From the human T2T-CHM13v2.0 reference genome, Homo sapiens, in the NCBI RefSeq assembly GCF_009914755.1, contig NC_060943.1: a stretch of DNA of 64,000 nucleotides; one strand, given 5' to 3'. The notes beneath the pieces are model-generated. The model was not told the DNA's origin, searched no databases, and saw only the letters and a list, made by a program, of their open reading frames with translations. Both the position numbers and the translations under genes were made by a program. Each line of letters opens with the position of its first letter. The first letter of the stretch is position 1. Shown one piece after another: positions 1-47,301 of the stretch.

Positions 1-879
1 CACCACAGGTCTGTGCGGTGGGTGTGAGTGGTCTAGTTTTCCTGGTGAGCAAACTGAGGCTCTGCAAGGTCAAGTCACCAGTTCAAGGTCACAGAACCAG
101 GAAATGGTAACCTCAGTTCTCATCTGTAAAGCCTGTCCTTCCAGCTGTCTCTTGTTTTTAGTTTTTGTTATTTTTTTAGGTATCTCATTCCTGTTGAACC
201 CAGCTGCCTCTTAAAAAACCCTGTCCACATGGGGGACCCAGGGGTTCCCTTTGGAGGAAGCCCTGGGCGATGTGGGGCAGGAGAGAACCAAGCGGAGTGG
301 CTGAGGCCTTGGTTTTTCCCATTTGGGAAGTGGGAGGTTGGACTGCTCTCAGGGTTGCTGTGGTTCTCTTAGAGCGATCTGGGGCTACAGGTGTGGGAAG
401 GACCTGCAAAGTGGAGGTGGGGGCAGCGGGAGGAAAGTCTTGTTATAGGTGCATTCCCAGCTGCGGGTGACCGCAGACAGGATTGGGTCCCTGGCTGGGG
501 CAGCCCGGGACAGTGAGCCAGGCCCGTGAACGGCCCATGAAAGGGCAGGCCAGGGAATGTAAACACAGGGATCGGGGCAGCTGCAGGCCAGGGCAGTAGG
601 TGCCCAGAGGATGGAGGGTGTGTCTCCTGGAGGTGAGAGCAGGGCACGTCATGGGCTGTGCAGTCTGGAGGAGGGTGTGTCCCGGGCAGTGGGCAGGAAA
701 GCGCCCCCATCTCTTCCCAGGCAGACGCCCCCTGCCCCGCAGCAGGGGGATCGGGTGTTGGCCGCGGAACTGCAGGCTTGGGGCCTCGGCGTCCCTGTCT
801 TGAGCGATCCCGTTAGGCCAAACACGAGTGGGTAGGGGGAACGAGACAGAGACACAGGTTCTGGAGTCCAGCCACAGGT

Positions 880-2150
880 AGTCCCTGGTGGCTCCGGCCG
901 CCCAGTTCAGGGGCTTGGGTAACCGGGAGCGGGCGGGGCCGGGAGGGGAGGAGGTCCCTGGGGGTGGGGGTACCTGTTGGGCGCCGGGGTCTGGGTTGCC
1001 CCCGCCCAGCCTGGCCAGCCCCTGGCGCAACTCGTGCACGTCCACGCGGCCATCCTTGTTACTGTCCAGCTCCTCGAACAGGCGACCCCAGCGCTGCCGC
1101 CGCTCCGCGTCGCCCGGGCTCCCCCGCATGGCGCCCGCCCGGGGGGGAGGGGAGGCCCGGCAGCGGCGGCCTCAGTGGGGGCTTCGCGGCTCCCCCTCCC
1201 CCCCCGGGACCCCGCAGGGTCAGCTCCCGCGGCCGCCGGCTCCGCAGCCTCCGCGCAGTCCGCTCGGCTCTGGCACTTGCGGGAGGTGGTGACGGCTAGC
1301 CGTCGCCGCCCGCGCCAGAACTTGCGTCTCCTCCCCCGACCTGCATTGGGGGGAGGGGACCGAGGGCGGAGCTGGGGGCGTGGGGAGGGAATGTCTGGGA
1401 TGGTCTGGTATTGCACAGCCGAGGAACACCAGAGTTCCTTCTGGGAAGACGGGCTAGGGAGCTCAGTGGTCTCAGGTCTGGTTTCAGAGTTCCGCCTCTG
1501 CGTGCCTCAGTTTACCCTTTCCCCCTTTGCCCAAGGGGGCAAGGTAGAGCGCTGTCGGGGATTGGGTTTCATAATCCCCTTCCACTTGACCTCCCCGCCA
1601 CACCCACTAATCTTCAGGAACTCAAGTTCTCGCTTTTCCCAGACGCACGCAAGAACCGTGCACCATCTCGCTCGCTCTCTGCCCGCCCGCGCCTTACACC
1701 TTCTCCGCTCGGCCGCAGAAACAGAAGATCCAGGAGCGATGCTCTCCCACTGTCCCTTCTTCCCGCCCGCGCGCTTCCTTTCTCGGTTCCCACTCTGACT
1801 GGGAAACAGAAAATCAACGCGCGGCGCGGCTGCAAAGTCGGTTTCCTATTGGTCAGCGCCTCCTGGGCTGAGCCCGCCCGCCCCGCCTCTTCTCCCACCT
1901 AGGCGGGGCCTCCCCGCAGACCCCCGACTGCCTCCAGCCCGCAGTCCCACCGCCTGCCAGGAGATCTTAAAGGGGCCGCGGCCGCAATCAGACGCTGAGC
2001 GGCGTGGGGAGGGGGTGGCTCAGTGACCCGGGCGCGGGGTTGAGGATCCCAGTGGTCGAGCGCTGGAGGCAGGGCCCCAGCCTGTCGCACTCGCTGCACC
2101 TGCGGAATGTCCCTACTGCTAGTTTCGGGCGCAGTTTCTCGATCCACCTT
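880..2150. promoter_or_regulatory. CpG island / SLC25A23 promoter
   Basis: Very high CpG density, several GC boxes and an inverted CCAAT (ATTGG ~1848) around exon 1. Confidence 0.8.
974..1129 (-). CDS. SLC25A23: SLC25A23 (mitochondrial Ca2+-binding ATP-Mg/Pi carrier, SCaMC-3) coding exon 1; gene continues beyond the window start
   Basis: ATG at 1129; MRGSPGDAERRQRWGRLFEELDSNKDGRVDVHELRQGLARLGGGNPDPGAQQ (52 aa, EF-hand loop DSNKDGRVDVHE); ends at CAG|GTACC donor (973). Confidence 0.95.
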
Positions 2151-2413
2151 TAGGGGGAAGGGAGCCCAGACCACTTGACAGCGAATACTCGATAACAAAT
2201 CTCACTTTGATTCAGTGCTTTGCACATGCCAGGGCTTTTACTCACCTCTCGAGTCGTCTTTGCCAAAACCCTATAAGGTAGGTGGTACTGGCGTTCGCAC
2301 TTTGCAGATAAGGAAGCGGAGGTTAAGTCATTCTCCCCAGTCCTGATGACCACTAAGGGGCAAAACAGGGTTTAAAGAGATCTGGGATCCTTAACCATCA
2401 CTCTATACCCTAG

Positions 2414-6111
<3,698 letters not shown>

Positions 6112-6188
6112 CCCCTGGCCGGAGATGCGGTAGGAGGGGCGAGCGCGAGAAGCCCCTTCCTCGGCGCTGCCAACCCGCCACCCAGCCC

Positions 6189-6270
6189 ATGGCGAACCCC
6201 GGGCTGGGGCTGCTTCTGGCGCTGGGCCTGCCGTTCCTGCTGGCCCGCTGGGGCCGAGCCTGGGGGCAAA
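6189..6270 (+). CDS. CRB3: CRB3 first coding exon
   Basis: ATG 6189; ends CAAA|GTAGGT. Confidence 0.95.
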
Positions 6271-8159
6271 GTAGGTACCAGCTGAGAGCGCTGGGGGGGA
6301 GGGGTCTGGATTCCTGGATCTCTGCTGGGGACGTGGCTTAGAAGCGCTGGGTATCTGGGGCGCAGAGAGGGTCAAGAATTGGGGAGCGGGGAAGAAATAC
6401 CTTGGGGAGGGGTCTACAGGGTTAGGGCTCGGGGGGATTAAGATTTCTAGTTTCTTCCTTGGACACTGGGAGTTGGTCTAGGAGACCTGAGTTCCCCAGC
6501 GAGGTGGAATTGTGTGTTGGAGTGGGGGCTCCTAAGTAGGACTTGGGGGGAGGTAAGGGCTGCGTACCTGAGTCTTGGTATAGTGCAGGTGTTTTTGGGT
6601 GAACTGGGAGCTGGGAGGAGGCCTGCCGAGCCGGGTCGACCTGGTTGGCTGAAGGTGTAGACCCCAGCCATTCAGTCTTAGATTTGTTTTGGGAGCCTGT
6701 GGGGAGGTGTGAGTCAGACACTCCAGGGAAAAGCTAGGCCCGCCCAGATCCTTAAGGGCCCAGGGCCGAGAGGTGAGTAGGGGAGGGGTGGACTTCTGGA
6801 CACCCTACTGGGCTCTGCGGGACTGGGTCGGGGGGGTGTCCTGGGGAGCAAACACCCAAGGGAGAGGTCTTACCTGCAAGACACCCAACCATCTCTGTGC
6901 GAATGAAAGGCAGAGTTTGAATTGGGACCTGCTAGGGGGAGGTGAAGGGGAATGCCCAAAGCAGGTGCAGATGGGCGGGGATGGGAGAGAAAGATGGAGA
7001 CTGAGTTATTCTCTGCCTTCACCCTCCACAGTACAGACCACTTCTGCAAATGAGAATAGCACTGTTTTGCCTTCATCCACCAGCTCCAGCTCCGATGGCA
7101 ACCTGGTGAGTTGGAGGTATATGTGGGAAGATGGCAGCAAGGATGTTATCTAGGGGTCACACATATAGCATGTAGAGAGGACTAGACACCCCCTCCCCCC
7201 AGAGGTGGCAGGTCAGGGTGGCTTTGGAGAGCTCTAAGTAGGAGAGACCTGAAGTCTTAGACCAAGAAGACTAGGACACCCTGGAGGGAGTGGGCAGGAA
7301 TACTGTAGCTGTCAGATGTGTGGGCTCAGGAATTCCATATGCCTCTCAGGTGGGTGGGGGAGCAAGGAGCTCAGACTTGGTAGATGTGATGAAAGCAGGA
7401 GTCCCGGCCGGGCGCGGTGGCTCACGCCTGTAATCCTAACACCTTGGGATGCCGAGGCAGGAAAATCATGAGGTCAGGAGTTTGAAACCAGCACGGCCAA
7501 CATGGTGAAACCCTGTCTCTACTAAAAATACAAAAAATTAGCCAGGCGGGGTGGCACACACCTGTAATCCCAGCTACTTGGGAGGCTGAGGCAGGGGGAA
7601 TCGCTTGAGCCCAGAAGGCGGAGGTTGCAGTGAGCCGAGATTGTGACACTGCACTCCAGCCTGGGCAACAGAGCAAGACTCGGTCTCAAAAAAAAAAGCC
7701 GGAGTCCCAGACATGGCAGGTGCTTGCGAGGGGTGTCCCGGACATGGCAGGTGGTGGGGAGCCTTCGCACCCCAGACAAGGTAGGTAGGGATCCAGGAAG
7801 CCCCACTGTGGGGATCAGATCACCAAAAGTGGCAGATGTGTGTATGTGTGTGTGTGTGTTGTGGGGTAGGGGGTGATGAGGGGGATGCCATTCAGGTGGA
7901 GGTGGACAGGCTACCCAGGCTCAGGTGATTCACACCTGTCCCCTCTCTGCAGCGTCCGGAAGCCATCACTGCTATCATCGTGGTCTTCTCCCTCTTGGCT
8001 GCCTTGCTCCTGGCTGTGGGGCTGGCACTGTTGGTGCGGAAGCTTCGGGAGAAGCGGCAGACGGAGGGCACCTACCGGCCCAGTAGCGAGGAGCAGGTGG
8101 GTGCCCGCGTGCCACCGACCCCCAACCTCAAGTTGCCGCCGGAAGAGCGGCTCATCTGA
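6189..8159 (+). CDS. CRB3: Crumbs homolog 3 isoform A (ERLI tail), join(6189..6270,7032..7105,7953..8159), 120 aa
   Basis: Signal peptide [26 protein letters not shown]; short Ser/Thr-rich ectodomain with an N-glycosylation site (NST); TM helix [25 protein letters not shown]; FERM-binding GTYRPS; C-terminal PDZ motif ERLI; all introns GT-AG and in phase. Confidence 0.97.
7032..7105 (+). CDS. CRB3: CRB3 second coding exon
   Basis: ccacag|TACAG...AACCTG|gtgagt; [25 protein letters not shown]. Confidence 0.95.
7953..8159 (+). CDS. CRB3: CRB3 TM/cytoplasmic exon (ERLI)
   Basis: ctgcag|CGTCCG...CTCATCTGA. Confidence 0.95.
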   Translation, partial: RPEAITAIIVVFSLLAALLLAVGLALLVRKLREKRQTEGTYRPSSEEQVGARVPPTPNLKLPPEERLI

Positions 8160-8437
8160 ACGCTGGGGCCTGCTGCAGCCACCAACACTGCCCAGGACTG
8201 CGGGTTGCTGGCTTGTACACCGCAGCTGCCACCGAGACACCAGCCTCTGATGGCTCAGGAGGACTTGTGGGGAGAGGCTGGGGGCACCCATGTGGTGGGC
8301 TCTGTGCAGCATGTTGCCTCTGCTTGGCTGTGCCTGCAGCTCAGGGTGCTGGGGCTCGGGACCCACCCCCCTGCTTGCGGAACCAACTTTTCTCTGTGTG
8401 TCCAGCAGGCCCCACAACCCCCTCTCCTTTCTTTCAG

Positions 8438-8509
8438 TTCTCCCATGCAGCCGAGGCCCGGGCCCCTCAGGACTCCAAGGAGACGGTGCAGGGCTGCCTG
8501 CCCATCTAG
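8438..8509 (+). CDS. CRB3: CRB3 isoform B alternative last exon (CLPI tail), spliced from the internal donor at 8096/8097; 123 aa total
   Basis: GAGCAG|GTGGGT donor; ctttctttcag|TTC acceptor; FSHAAEARAPQDSKETVQGCLPI*. Confidence 0.92.
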   Translation, partial: FSHAAEARAPQDSKETVQGCLPI

Positions 8510-8666
8510 GTCCCCTCTCCTGCATCTGTCTCCCTTCATTGCTGTGTGACCTTGGGGAAAGGCAGTGCCCTCTCTGGGCAGTCAGATCCACCCAGTGCTT
8601 AATAGCAGGGAAGAAGGTACTTCAAAGACTCTGCCCCTGAGGTCAAGAGAGGATGGGGCTATTCAC

Positions 8667-8716
8667 TTTTATATATTTATATAAAATTAGTAGTGAGATG
8701 TAACAAAAGCTTTATT
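8667..8716. terminator. Convergent poly(A) signals: TATAAA (+, 8680-8685, CRB3) and AATAAA (-, 8711-8716, DENND1C)
   Basis: Hexamers seen directly; a second minus-strand AATAAA lies at 8952-8957. Confidence 0.7.
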
Positions 8717-8990
8717 GGTGTGTTTGAGCTGGTGGGTGCATTAGCTGAGATGGAAGTGACAAATGCCGAGAGGAATTGTAAGGTTGCCAGGATTCTAGAA
8801 GACCAGGAGGCTTCCTGGAATTCCCTGCTAGGAGCCAGTTAGAGAGGCTGCCCTTGGAGGGACAGAGGTGGGTGGGATGGATTTCCGAGCAGAGTGAGGG
8901 CACCAGAGAAATTCACCAGGAAAAAAACCAGCTTTTTTGGGCTCTTGTGGCTTTATTGAGGGACTGGGGTCTCTCTTGGACCCCTGATTC

Positions 8991-23198
<14,208 letters not shown>

Positions 23199-23269
23199 GG
23201 TCCCTGCAGGGCCAGCCCAGCGGGGCCCTCTCCCCAGGGGTCCTGGGGGCCTGTGTATGCTGGGCCCCA

Positions 23270-23330
23270 AGCCGGCTCAGCTTCCTGTGTGGCTGAGAGA
23301 GGAAGTTTAACGGGTGACGTCCCCGGACAG
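23270..23330. promoter_or_regulatory. DENND1C proximal promoter with ETS sites and CRE half-site
   Basis: CTTCCTG (~23281), GAGGAAGT (~23299) and TGACGT (~23315), about 100 bp upstream of the ATG. Confidence 0.55.
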
Positions 23331-23809
23331 AGGCCCTGCCCCCACCCCCGTGAGAAACCCAGGCATCCTGCCTGCTAATTATGTTGGGGATGGGTGGGCA
23401 ATAAGTGGTCAGCCTGGGAAGGCAGACCCCCAGCTCCGTCCCCGCCAGGCTGGACTGTGTCTGGTTCCCCCCATCGTGCCTGGGCCCTCATCTCTCCTTC
23501 CCCGCTCCGCAGCAGCCAAGATTCACAGTCTGTCTATTAATGAAATGCCTCCCCGTCTCTTTCCCTTGGTCCATTTGGCCTGGACGGTCACTGGTGGACC
23601 ACCAGAGGGAGCCACCTGTAAAGTGGACGGTGGGGGGGCCAGGGATGGGGACAAAGAGCACGAAGTACAGGCACAGGGACGGACAGACAGACACAGACAC
23701 AGACAGTTACACGCTCAGGAAGTCATCAGCACAGACAAACCGAGTGCAGAAGAGCCAGAGACGACAGACATGGAGAGATAGGGAGTCCTACAGCTGGATC
23801 ATAGTCCCA

Positions 23810-30796
<6,987 letters not shown>

Positions 30797-31369
30797 CTAC
30801 CACCCAGTGCTGTGCTGTGCTGTGCTGGGCCTGCTGAAGTTGCCGTGGGCTGATGTCCACGCTGCTTCCCTCATGCCTCTCCTTACTCCTGGCTGCAGGG
30901 GGACGTAGCAAGAAGACTGAGGCTCCAGCCTGGGTGCCTGGTGTCTAGCATAGAGTGGTGGACGTTACTGCTTGGCTCTCCGCGTGTCCCCCTCTCACCT
31001 ACCCTTGCCCCTGGCTCGTCTTCCTAATGCAGACGCTGCAAAAAACCCCTCCAACCCCTACATTTCCCAGATGCCTTTGCTGCTCCGTTTCTGGATGCAG
31101 AATTGGTTCTACCAATGAGAAATGCTCATGAGAGATTTAGAAAGTGGAAGTGAGGCAGTGTGGGCTTGTGTGTATATCTTGCTGAGAAGCAGGGTTGTGG
31201 AGCTATACATTTTATTTTCATGAATTCGTGTTCTTTGTTGGACCCATTTCCAGGTCATAGTTCTGGTAACTGCCTCTTTGTTCTCCACCTTTCTCCCTAT
31301 ACAAAGGAGCTGCTCCTTGGTGACCCAGCTCTGTGGTGTCACGAGGGTCCTACCTATTCCGGGGCTGCT

Positions 31370-31535
31370 CAATCTGTGGTCTTATTCACACATCTTTAGC
31401 ATCTCCTGAGAACTTGTTAAAAATGCAGAGTCTTGAGCCCCACCCCGGACCTACTTACTGAATCTGCAACTGTGAGGGGGTGAGACTGAAGAAACTGTGC
31501 GTTAGCAAGTTGTTCTGCTGATTCTTTTGCACGGT
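31370..31535. mobile_element. MER5A-like hAT DNA transposon fossil
   Basis: GAACTTGTTAAAAATGCAGA...CCCCACCCCGGACCTACT...GAATC pattern; family name from memory. Confidence 0.65.
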
Positions 31536-31748
31536 AAAATTTGAGAAGCCTACACAGCCCACTCTCTCAGCGTCTTCCAGTGATTTTGCAAGCACCATCG
31601 ATTCTTGTATTAAGTTCCTGTCTGCTTAATATACCTAGAATGGTCCCCACACGGAACTCTGGCTGCCCGTGTCAGGATTCTAGGGTTCAACTAGCAGGGT
31701 TTGAATTCCAGCTCACTGTTTAGTAGCCATGTGACCATGGGCAAGTGA

Positions 31749-32066
<318 letters not shown>

Positions 32067-32776
32067 TGAGTAGCTGGGATTACAGTTGCGTGCCACCATA
32101 CCCAGCTAATTTTTTGTGCCTTTAGTAGAGACGGGGTTTCACCATGTTGGCCAGGCTGGTATTGAACTCCTGACCTCGTGATCCACCCGCCTCAGCCTCT
32201 CAAAGTGCTGGGATTACAGGTGTGAGCCACCGTGCCCAGTACATTCCCCTCCCCTCCCCTTACTTCCCCTCCCCTCCCCTTCCGTTCCCTTCCCTTTCTT
32301 TTCTCCCACAGTGTCTCACTCTGTCACTCAGGCTGTCGTGCAGTGGTGCAATTACAGCTCAGCTCACTGCAGCCTTGACCTCCTTGGCCTGCTGAGTAGC
32401 TGGGGTTACAGTTGTGCACCACCACAGCGAGTTATTATTATTATTATTATTATTATGTATTTTTTGTAGAGACAGGGTTTTGCCATGTTGCCCAAGCTGG
32501 ATTCAAACTCCTGGACTCAAGTAATCTGCCCGCCTTGGCCTCCCAAAATTTTGGGATTACAGGAGTGAGCCACCGCACCTGGCCAAAAATTTGTAATTTC
32601 TAAAGATGGCCATGGCTCTATTACTCACCCTACGTGCTCTTCTAGAATCTTGCCACTCTACCATCAAGAGCTGGAGTGTGGGTTGGGCATGGTGGAACAT
32701 GCCTGTAATCCCAGCATTTTGGGAGGCCAAGGCGGGTGGATCACCTGAGGCCAGGAGTTTGAGACCAGCCTGGTCA

Positions 32777-32956
<180 letters not shown>

Positions 32957-33150
32957 CTAACAAAACAAAACAAAACAAAATAAAAGAGCTGGAGGATGGA
33001 CCAAGTGTGGTGGCTCATGCCTGTAATCCCAGCACTTTGGGAGGCTGAGGCAGGAGACTAGCCTGGGTGACAAAGTGAGACCCTATCTCTAATGTCTACT
33101 AACAATACAAAAAAATTAACCAGCTGTGGTGGCATGTGCCTGTAGTCCTA

Positions 33151-33755
<605 letters not shown>

Positions 33756-34080
33756 TGCTCTTCTCTCTCTAAACCTTGGCTTGGAAGGGGATAGAAGCTT
33801 AGGCCTTCCAGGGTTGGTGTGAGGCTTGCATGAAATGAGGCATGAGTCATGCACACAGAAAAGTTTCATGTGGGTGAGCTGTGTTGTTACTCTGGCAAGA
33901 TTGCCACTTGGGTGCCAGCTCAGGCTGCCATCTTCCTGGCACCCTTCCCTAGAGATTCCCCTTCCTGCCTTCCATATTTGCAAGGTGCTGCACAGAGAAC
34001 AGCAGTACCTCTGCCACCAAGCACCCACTCTGTGCTCCTGAGATCTCCTCAGATCCTCACGAACAATTCTGAGGTGGGTG

Positions 34081-35574
<1,494 letters not shown>

Positions 35575-35833
35575 GTTGTGGGGGGATCCTGGGGGAAAAC
35601 ATACGATCCCATTTTACAGGTGGGAAGACCGAGGCTGAGAGAAGGCAAATGGCTTAGTCAAAACCTCAGGGTTAGTGGGTGGCCTAGCCTGGCCCGTCTG
35701 ATCCCTCCCCAGCACGCCCCCCATCCAGAGATGAGATGTCATCGGTACCCTCCTCCATCCTGTAGAGAAAAGCCCGCACTTGCTGTAAGAGAGGAAAGAG
35801 GGATTCGGCAGAAACATCCATGACAACAATTAA

Positions 35834-35843
35834 TTTATTTATT
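35834..35843 (-). terminator. TUBB4A poly(A) signal (overlapping AATAAATAAA)
   Basis: TTTATTTATT on the plus strand, about 820 nt after the stop codon. Confidence 0.85.
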
Positions 35844-35992
35844 GAGGGTGAGGCAGGGAAGCGGGGAGGGAGGGTAGGGGTGACCTCTCTTCCTCACAGG
35901 CACCAGGCCTTGTTTCTCTCCCAGATAAGCTAAGGTCGGCAGGGGCTGAGGGGAGTGAGGCAGGGAGGATGCATGGGGCCTGTGGGAACCAG

Positions 35993-36323
35993 AGAGAAGC
36001 TGGGGTCAGAGGTAGGAGCTGACGCTGTGGGGGGTGGGGGGTGAAAGGTGAGGCAAGGTCAAAGGTGAACTGCAGCTCGGAGGGAGGGGTCCAATATAAA
36101 CCAGGACTTGCAGGTGTAGAAGTAAAATGGGACTCATAGAGGGTGAAAGAGAAGTTGGAGTCAGAGGGGATTCAGAGATCAAAGAGAAGTTGGGGTCAGA
36201 GGTAGGAGCTGGGGCTCAGGTGGGGGGTTAAAGGTGAGGCAAGGTCAGCGGTGAAGTGCAGCTCAGAGGGAGGGGTCAAACATAAACCAGAACTTATAGG
36301 TCTAGAGGTAAAATGGGATTCAT
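35993..36323. repeat. Diverged ~145-bp direct duplication in the TUBB4A 3'UTR
   Basis: 35993-36137 vs 36183-36323 (AGAGAAG.TGGGGTCAGAGGTAGGAGCTG...GTAAAATGGGA.TCAT). Confidence 0.85.
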
Positions 36324-36661
36324 GGGGGGCAGAGGTCAAAGGTGAAGCAGAAGTCAGGGGTGAAGGAAGGTCTGCAAAGTTAAAGGTGCGGTTTCCAGAG
36401 TCAGAAGGGGTGAAGCGGGGCTCCTCCTGGGAATGTCAAGGTTGGAAGAGCTCAAGGGGGTTAAAGATAAATTAGGGCTCAAAGGGGAGCCAGGGTCGGA
36501 GATGAAGTAGCCAGAGGTAAAGCGAGCTCCAAAGGTATTGTTAGGGTCAGGGGGGAGTCAGCCTTGGAGGGAAAGCGGGGCTCTAGGGTTCAGAGATGGG
36601 GGGCCTAGCGGATCAAAGGTCAGAAGCCTCGAGGGGACAGGTGGGAAGCGATGGGAGCAGC

Positions 36662-43709
<7,048 letters not shown>

Positions 43710-44567
43710 GGCGGTGGCGCTGAGGGTGGACGCGGCGGCGGTGGCACGAGCGCGGGGAGCTGCGGCGGCGGCGAGGGTGGAAGATGCGGCGGAGACGGCG
43801 GAGCACGGTCCCTGCGCCCCCGGGAGCCGCTATATGAGCGGGCGGGGCACGCGTCACGGCCGGTCACCCTCCCGCTCCGCCCCTTGGTCCCGCCCCGGGA
43901 TGATGGAGGGGGCTGGGGTGGGGGGAGGTGGTGCAGGGACCTCCCTCCCCAGGGGGCCTCCCAGAGAAGTCCGGGACGCCACGTGCTCCGACCCCTGCCT
44001 TGGGGGTGAGGCCCCTTAGGGAGCCACCAGTGCAGTCTCCCCCGTCCCAGCCCCCAGCCAGGCTTGGCCACCCGCAGAAATTGGGCGGAGGAAGGGAGGG
44101 GAGCGCCTGGTAAACAGGCATCTGAGAAGTCCTGCCCCTCCCCCTTAGCCTCCACCCTCCCGCCCCAGGCCTTGCCTCAGTTTCTCGGTCCGCAGCCCCC
44201 CTTCTCATTCTATTTAGACCTCATTCGCCAGAATCCTTGCAGTAACCGCGAGCCCTCCCAGTGGGCTGGGGGCTCCGGAGCGGCGATCTGGTTTGCGAGT
44301 GGGGGGCGGTAGGTTCCTGGAGGGCTTGTCCTGAAGCTGCATAGTAAAACCACGATTTTCCTCCCATGATTGGGTGCAGATGCTGGTGGGCTCCCCTGGT
44401 ACACCTCTACTGGGCATTGAGCTCGTCCCAGGTGGGGTCACCCCCAGCCTGGCCTAAGGAGGAGAGTGGAGGAGTAAGACAGCTGGGTTCATATTGGGAG
44501 GGGGACAGTGAGTCCCCAGGGCTGCCTCGCTTTCCCAAAATAACACCCCTCCTCTCCAGTATTGTAA

Positions 44568-45074
<507 letters not shown>

Positions 45075-45676
45075 TAGAGATGGGGTCTCGCTATGTTGTC
45101 CAGGCTGCTCTCCAACTCCTGAGCTCAAGAGATCCTCCTGCCTCAGCCTCCCAAAGTGCTGGGATTCCAGGCATGAGCCACTGCGCCCAGCTCAGTATTA
45201 TAATTTATTACCCACCATCTCCCTTGCCTCTGCATTTCCTGTAGCATTAGGTGTATGACCTTGCCCTGGTGCTCCTCTCTGTGTCTGAATTTCACATTTG
45301 CAAGTTGGGGTGGTGAGGAAGGCCCACCCTCCAGGGTCTGATTATGCGATGACCCAGTTAACAAGGTGGCGATAGTCTCCCCTCCTGCAGAGTCAACAAT
45401 AAATTGTATCTTTCTCGAGTCTAAGTATTATCAGAGGCTGGACTGGACTTCCTGTGCTGCCCCTCATGTGAAGGTCAAGCCTCCTGGGGCTGCTTCCTTG
45501 GACAGCCTCCAGTCCCGCCCTCCCAGGAAGTCTCCTCCTCGCCTCCCATCCTTGACTTTCCCACTCAAGGACTTTGGTGTATTGCTGGTGGGAGGTGGGG
45601 TAAGCCATCTTGGCCATGTGGTTGGGACCTCACATTTGCCATGGCCACTAATTTTTTTTTTTTTTTTTTTTTTTGA

Positions 45677-45889
<213 letters not shown>

Positions 45890-45968
45890 TGACCTGCCCA
45901 CCTTGGCCTCCCAAAGTGCTGGGATTACAGGCGCGAGCCACCGCGCCCAGCAAATTCTTTTTTTTTAA

Positions 45969-46172
<204 letters not shown>

Positions 46173-46265
46173 TGAGCTCAAGCAATCCTCCCACCTCAGC
46201 CTCCCAAAGTGCTGGGTTTACACATGTGAGCCATCGTGCCCTGCCCAATGACCACTAAATTTGAC

Positions 46266-46291
46266 CAGTGGCTCTCAACAGCGTGTGTGTG

Positions 46292-46332
<41 letters not shown>

Positions 46333-46567
46333 GGCGGGGGAGCGGTGATATTGCCTTCCCAGGGAACACTTGGCAATATCTGAAGACATTTTTGGTTGTC
46401 GTACCCAGATGGGGGCGGGGATGTGTGTGTGAGACTATGTGTGCACTACTGGCATCTAGTGGGTGGAGGCCAGAGATGCTGCTGAAAGCCCTTCAGTGCA
46501 CAGGACGGCCCCACCCCAGAGAATGATGCAGGCCCAATGTCAACAGGGTTGAGGCTGAGAAATCCTG
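46266..46567. mobile_element. MER20-like DNA transposon fossil containing a (TG)n run
   Basis: CAGTGGCTCTCAAC...TTGGCAATATCTGAAGACATTTTTGGTTGTC...CTACTGGCATCTAGTGGGTGGAGGCCAGAGATGCTGCT...GAGAAATCCTG. Confidence 0.75.
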
Positions 46568-46769
46568 TGTTAATTATTTTGGGAAAAAATTTGTGTTAGC
46601 CCCTTCGCTCACACTAGATGCCAGAATAAATTCCAGAGGGGCTAGACCTTATATGGGTTTGGTGGGGCGATCCCTTAGCTTCTGTGACTTATATACTCTC
46701 TCTCCCTCAACTCAGTTAGTATGTGTGTATGTATGTTTTTATCTTTTTAGCAAGCTATTTTTTTTTTGA

Positions 46770-46928
<159 letters not shown>

Positions 46929-47301
46929 TAGTAGAGACAGGGTTTCTCCATGTTGGTCAGGCTGGTCTTGAACTCCCGACCTCAGGTGATTCCCCTCACC
47001 TTGGCCTCCCAAAGTGCTGAGATTACAGGCGTGAGCCACTGCACCCGGCCGCCATTTTTTTTTTTTTTTTTGAGACAGTTTCACCCTGTTGCACAGGCTG
47101 GAGTACAGTGGTGTGATCATATCTCACTGCAGCCTTGGCCTCCCAGGCTCTGGTGATCCTCCCACGTCAGCCTCCTGAGTAGCTGGGACTACAGGTGGGC
47201 ACCACCAGGCCTGGCTAATTTTTGCATTTTTTGTAGAGACAGGGTCTCGCTATGTTGCCCAGGCTGGTCTCAAACTCCTGGGCTCAAGTGGTCCTCCTTC
47301 C

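Noticed and set aside
888-1902. Several long overlapping ORFs around SLC25A23 exon 1
   Set aside because: Stop-poor CpG island; low-complexity Arg/Gly/Pro translations.
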